25,829 nucleotides of DNA from a virus (lineage: Duplodnaviria > Heunggongvirae > Uroviricota > Caudoviricetes), in the IMG/VR virus record IMGVR_UViG_3300005357_000001; one strand, 5' to 3'. Both the position numbers and the translations under genes were made by a program. This document shows positions 20,615 to 25,829 of this stretch, in pieces (the stretch's first letter is position 1; each line of letters starts with the position of its first letter). A model generated the notes under the pieces. That model saw only the letters and a program-made list of their open reading frames with translations. It was not told the origin of the DNA and searched no databases.

Positions 20615-20816
20615 AATTACCGCCACTATTGAAAAGGAAGGTGGCACTCCTACTAACTGGACAAGATATTCAAAATCTAAACTAACGAAATCAGAATGCG
20701 AAAAAATGCTCTCAGGTAAAAAAGAAGCAGGCGTTTCCAGAGAGCAGAAAGTAAAACTGATAAATTTTAATTGCGAGAAACTTCAGTCCTCGAGAATTGC
20801 ATTGTATTCAAATTAA
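20607..20816 (+). CDS. ydaC: Small prophage protein YdaC, 69 aa
   Basis: GGAGGTG SD before ATG 20607; overlaps the ralR 3' end by 8 nt (track ORF starts at 20535). Confidence 0.65.
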   Translation: MYKITATIEKEGGTPTNWTRYSKSKLTKSECEKMLSGKKEAGVSREQKVKLINFNCEKLQSSRIALYSN

Positions 20817-20894
20817 AACTTCATAGCTGATTATTAATAATCAACATCGGGCGTCAATTTCAGTCTAACATTGGCGCCTGCCAGAGGTGATGCG

Positions 20895-21110
20895 ATGGCA
20901 CAAGTAATCTTTAATGAAGAGTGGATGGTTGAATACGGCCTGATGCTTCGCACTGGTCTGGGGGCCAGACAAATTGAAGCATACCGCCAGAACTGTTGGG
21001 TGGAGGGCTTCCACTTCAAACGAGTATCTCCTTTAGGTAAGCCAGACAGCAAACGAGGGATTATCTGGTACAACTATCCAAAGATAAATCAGTTTATCAA
21101 AGACTCATGA
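20895..21110 (+). CDS. xisR: Excisionase-like protein, 71 aa
   Basis: GAGGTGA SD before ATG 20895 (the track start at 20871 is TTG); stop abuts the intR start. Confidence 0.75.
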   Translation: MAQVIFNEEWMVEYGLMLRTGLGARQIEAYRQNCWVEGFHFKRVSPLGKPDSKRGIIWYNYPKINQFIKDS

Positions 21111-21111
21111 T

Positions 21112-22347
21112 ATGTCTAAATTACCAACAGGTGTCGAGATTAGAGGTAGATACATTCGCATCTGGTTCATGTTTCGAGGAAAACGATGTCGGGAAACATT
21201 AAAAGGCTGGGAGATTACAAACAGTAATATTAAAAAGGCCGGAAATTTAAGAGCGCTGATAGTTCATGAAATAAACTCCGGTGAATTTGAGTATTTAAGA
21301 CGTTTTCCCCAGTCCAGCACTGGGGCAAAAATGGTGACAACGAGAGTCATAAAAACGTTCGGAGAGCTTTGTGATATCTGGACAAAAATTAAAGAGACAG
21401 AGTTAACAACAAACACAATGAAGAAAACGAAATCACAATTAAAAACACTTAGAATAATAATTTGTGAAAGTACCCCGATATCACATATTCGTTATAGCGA
21501 TATCTTAAACTACCGGAATGAACTGCTGCATGGAGAAACGCTTTACCTGGATAATCCAAGATCCAACAAAAAAGGAAGAACCGTGCGCACAGTTGATAAC
21601 TATATCGCCCTGCTCTGTTCGCTGTTGCGTTTTGCGTATCAGTCGGGATTTATATCAACCAAACCATTTGAAGGAGTAAAAAAATTACAGCGAAACAGAA
21701 TAAAGCCTGATCCGTTATCTAAAACAGAATTCAATGCATTAATGGAAAGTGAAAAAGGACAGAGCCAGAACTTGTGGAAATTTGCCGTTTACTCAGGACT
21801 TCGTCACGGGGAACTGGCAGCTCTGGCGTGGGAGGATGTGGATCTCGAAAAGGGAATAGTGAATGTCAGAAGAAACCTGACGATACTTGATATGTTCGGT
21901 CCCCCAAAAACAAATGCCGGGATCCGAACAGTAACACTACTGCAGCCTGCTCTTGAAGCACTGAAGGAGCAATACAAACTGACCGGGCATCATCGCAAAA
22001 GCGAAATCACCTTTTATCATCGGGAGTACGGCAGAACCGAAAAGCAAAAACTGCATTTTGTTTTCATGCCCAGGGTGTGTAACGGAAAACAAAAACCTTA
22101 TTACTCGGTAAGCAGTTTGGGGGCAAGGTGGAATGCAGCAGTAAAACGTGCTGGTATTCGCCGCCGTAATCCGTACCATACGCGGCATACTTTTGCCTGC
22201 TGGCTGTTGACGGCAGGAGCGAACCCGGCATTTATAGCCAGCCAAATGGGGCATGAAACTGCGCAGATGGTGTATGAAATTTACGGTATGTGGATTGATG
22301 ACATGAACGACGAACAGATAGCCATGTTGAATGCGCGGTTATCGTAG
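21112..22347 (+). CDS. intR: Tyrosine integrase (lambda Int family), 411 aa
   Basis: C-terminal catalytic region with R...HxxR...Y pattern (..HTRHTFACWLL...; ..MVYEIYGMW..); terminal gene of the prophage. Confidence 0.9.
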   Translation: MSKLPTGVEIRGRYIRIWFMFRGKRCRETLKGWEITNSNIKKAGNLRALIVHEINSGEFEYLRRFPQSSTGAKMVTTRVIKTFGELCDIWTKIKETELTTNTMKKTKSQLKTLRIIICESTPISHIRYSDILNYRNELLHGETLYLDNPRSNKKGRTVRTVDNYIALLCSLLRFAYQSGFISTKPFEGVKKLQRNRIKPDPLSKTEFNALMESEKGQSQNLWKFAVYSGLRHGELAALAWEDVDLEKGIVNVRRNLTILDMFGPPKTNAGIRTVTLLQPALEALKEQYKLTGHHRKSEITFYHREYGRTEKQKLHFVFMPRVCNGKQKPYYSVSSLGARWNAAVKRAGIRRRNPYHTRHTFACWLLTAGANPAFIASQMGHETAQMVYEIYGMWIDDMNDEQIAMLNARLS

Positions 22348-22355
22348 TTGCAAAG

Positions 22356-22602
22356 TTTGCCCCCAATTTGCCCCATTTAGTACCAGAGAACTGAAATAAT
22401 GCAAGAAAATCAACAAATTACAAAGAAAGAACAATACAACCTGAACAAGTAAGGGCAAAAATCACAACTCTCTGACTCATAAGTATTTTACTTATTTTTC
22501 AATGTGTTAAATATCATCAGCGACAACAATAAGCTACGATAATCCACTCTTTTTTTGCCCCTTTTTTGCCCCTTTTGCAGCGTTTTGCCCCATTTTTGCC
22601 AC
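22356..22602 (+). repeat. Five exact direct copies of TTTGCCCC (plus two partial) in two clusters flanking the ttcA-like start; candidate integrase arm-type binding sites
   Basis: Copies at 22356-22364, 22367-22374, 22554-22561, 22565-22572, 22584-22591; partial at 22573-22580 and 22595-22602. Confidence 0.5.
22399..22452 (+). pseudogene. ttcA: 17-codon ORF MQENQQITKKEQYNLNK-stop matching the N-terminus of tRNA-thiolation protein TtcA as I recall it; the ttcA body is absent
   Basis: Read directly; no long ORF follows in any plus frame. Confidence 0.5.
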
Positions 22603-23000
22603 CGAAAAAAATTCCAAAACGTCTCAATCAAAGTCAAACCAACCGCAGCACGTTCTTGCATACGACGTGACTGCGGTTTTTCAACTATTCAGATACATCA
22701 CTCCCATCACATTCATTCCTCCGCATCAAAGGCATATAGGCTATATCACCTTGATATTTTTCTTCTTCAGATAAAAACTGTTATCTATGTATACTTTTAA
22801 ACCCAATCCGTGTAGAGTCTCTGCATAAGATAGTTTGCAGTTGCCACTTCAGCTTGCGCCATAAACCGCCTGATTTTTGCCGCCACCTGTTAGCATTCCT
22901 GTATACCTGAAACGACAATGTTTATCTACGAACTTTAAGAACACCCAGGATAAAAATTGTCAACTATATCATATATAACACATTACTAATTCGAGGCTAT

Positions 23001-23064
23001 ATGAACAGCATACTGATAATCACTTCGCTCCTTATCATATTCAGCATTTTTAGTCATGCTCTAA
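23001..23064 (+). other. 5' end of a small hydrophobic ORF (MNSILIITSLLIIFSIFSHAL...) cut by IS5 copy 2 after codon 21
   Basis: GAGG SD 4 nt before ATG 23001; the frame runs into the IS5 end; the continuation would lie beyond the IS5, in the N-masked region. Confidence 0.35.
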
Positions 23065-24259
<1,195 letters not shown>

Positions 24260-24669
24260 NNNNNNNNNNNNNNNNNNNNNNNNNNNNNNNNNNNNNNNNN
24301 NNNNNNNNNNNNNNNNNNNNNNNNNNNNNNNNNNNNNNNNNNNNNNNNNNNNNNNNNNNNNNNNNNNNNNNNNNNNNNNNNNNNNNNNNNNNNNNNNNNN
24401 NNNNNNNNNNNNNNNNNNNNNNNNNNNNNNNNNNNNNNNNNNNNNNNNNNNNNNNNNNNNNNNNNNNNNNNNNNNNNNNNNNNNNNNNNNNNNNNNNNNN
24501 NNNNNNNNNNNNNNNNNNNNNNNNNNNNNNNNNNNNNNNNNNNNNNNNNNNNNNNNNNNNNNNNNNNNNNNNNNNNNNNNNNNNNNNNNNNNNNNNNNNN
24601 NNNNNNNNNNNNNNNNNNNNNNNNNNNNNNNNNNNNNNNNNNNNNNNNNNNNNNNNNNNNNNNNNNNNN
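24260..24669. other. Run of 410 N: assembly gap or masked sequence, beginning exactly at the IS5 end
   Basis: Read directly; content and true length unknowable from the window. Confidence 0.95.
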
Positions 24670-24772
24670 AAGTGTTAAATAGCGTCTATCATTATCAGAA
24701 TTATCTGATCATATGACGTGGCTTTTTTGCGATCGGATAGCAACAAAAATTGATAAAAATAACGGGATCTCA

Positions 24773-25829
24773 ATGATTACGCACAACTTCAATACCCTGG
24801 ACTTACTCACCAGTCCTGTCTGGATCGTTTCGCCCTTTGAGGAACAGTTAATTTATGCCAATAGCGCGGCGAAACTGTTGATGCAAGACCTCACGTTTAG
24901 TCAGCTACGAACCGGACCCTATTCCGTCTCCTCACAAAAAGAAACTGCCGAAATACCTCTCCGATCTGCAAAACCAACACGATATTATCGAAATCCTCAC
25001 TGTTCAGCGTAAAGAAGAGGAAACAGCATTGAGCTGTCGGCTTGTTTTGCGAAAGCTGACAGAAACAGAACCGGTGATTATTTTCGAAGGTATCGAAGCG
25101 CCGGCAACGCTGGGTTTAAAAGCCAGTCGCTCGGCAAATTATCAGCGCAAAAAACAAGGTTTTTATGCGCGCTTTTTTCTGACTAACTCTGCACCAATGT
25201 TGTTGATTGACCCGTCACGAGATGGACAAATCGTCGATGCTAACCTCGCCGCGCTCAATTTCTATGGTTATAACCATGAAACGATGTGCCAGAAACATAC
25301 CTGGGAAATAAATATGCTCGGGCGTCGCGTCATGCCTATCATGCATGAAATCTCGCATTTACCCGGTGGTCATAAACCTTTGAATTTTGTTCATAAACTG
25401 GCGGATGGTTCGACTCGTCATGTGCAGACCTATGCCGGACCGATTGAAATTTATGGCGACAAGCTCATGTTATGTATTGTGCATGATATTACTGAGCAAA
25501 AACGGCTGGAGGAGCAGCTGGAACATGCTGCTCACCATGACGCGATGACCGGATTACTGAATCGGCGACAGTTTTATCACATTACGGAACCAGGCCAAAT
25601 GCAGCATCTCGCCATCGCTCAGGATTACAGCTTGTTGCTCATCGACACCGATCGTTTTAAACACATTAACGATCTCTATGGGCATTCTAAAGGTGATGAG
25701 GTGTTATGCGCCCTCGCCCGCACCCTCGAAAGTTGCGCTCGCAAAGGCGATTTGGTGTTTCGTTGGGGAGGCGAAGAGTTTGTCTTATTGCTACCAAGAA
25801 CCCCACTGGATACCGCGCTTTCGCTGGCT
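24773..25829 (+). pseudogene. dgcM: PAS-GGDEF diguanylate cyclase (dgcM/ydaM-like), 5' part, with an apparent +1-nt frameshift near 24936-24944; runs off the window end
   Basis: Frame A (ATG 24773 or 24713) stops at 25010-25012; a second frame is open from 24882 to the window end and encodes ...RWGGEEFVLLLP (GGEEF motif). Confidence 0.7.

Noticed and set aside
22356-22602. TTTGCCCC repeat cluster considered as a CRISPR array
   Set aside because: The units are 8 bp with irregular 3-20 bp spacing, far too short and irregular for CRISPR repeats and spacers, and there are no cas genes; they fit integrase arm-type or other protein-binding repeats better.
22555-22800. 81-aa track ORF in the AT-rich region right of the att-like site
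   Set aside because: It starts inside the TTTGCCCC repeat cluster, has a low-complexity His/Ser/Ile-rich translation and no SD; more likely non-coding arm DNA. Kept only as part of the junction finding.

Overview
The window covers essentially a whole defective lambdoid prophage that I recognise, from recalled protein sequences and gene order (no database search was possible), as the Rac prophage of Escherichia coli. Order, left to right: ynaE, pinR (serine invertase), tfaR/stfR (tail fibre assembly and side tail fibre), a lom gene interrupted by IS5, tmpR (tape-measure remnant), ydaY, ynaK, the AT-rich cargo gene trkG, Rz/Rz1 remnants (rzpR/rzoR), replication-like genes ydaW/ydaV/ydaU, the ydaT-ydaS / racR immunity region, ydaG, ydaF, sieB, then the early-left operon kilR-ydaE-racC-recE-recT-ralR-ydaC-xisR-intR. 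Right of intR the sequence is not what I expect for an ordinary integrated junction: a 17-codon ttcA-like start ends in a stop and is flanked on both sides by TTTGCCCC direct repeats, followed by about 600 bp of AT-rich DNA, a second divergent IS5 in inverted orientation, a 410-N gap, and the 5' part of a PAS-GGDEF gene (dgcM-like) carrying an apparent frameshift. Findings most worth a second look: a conserved -1 frameshift pair (ydaY plus a start-less downstream frame) sitting exactly where lambda G/G-T sits, the attP-like junction, palindromic operator clusters on both sides of racR, and three internal deletion scars. The track reports GTG/TTG starts as M, so several starts were re-derived from the sequence. 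I did not find a clearly novel multi-gene system; the candidates are listed with calibrated interest.
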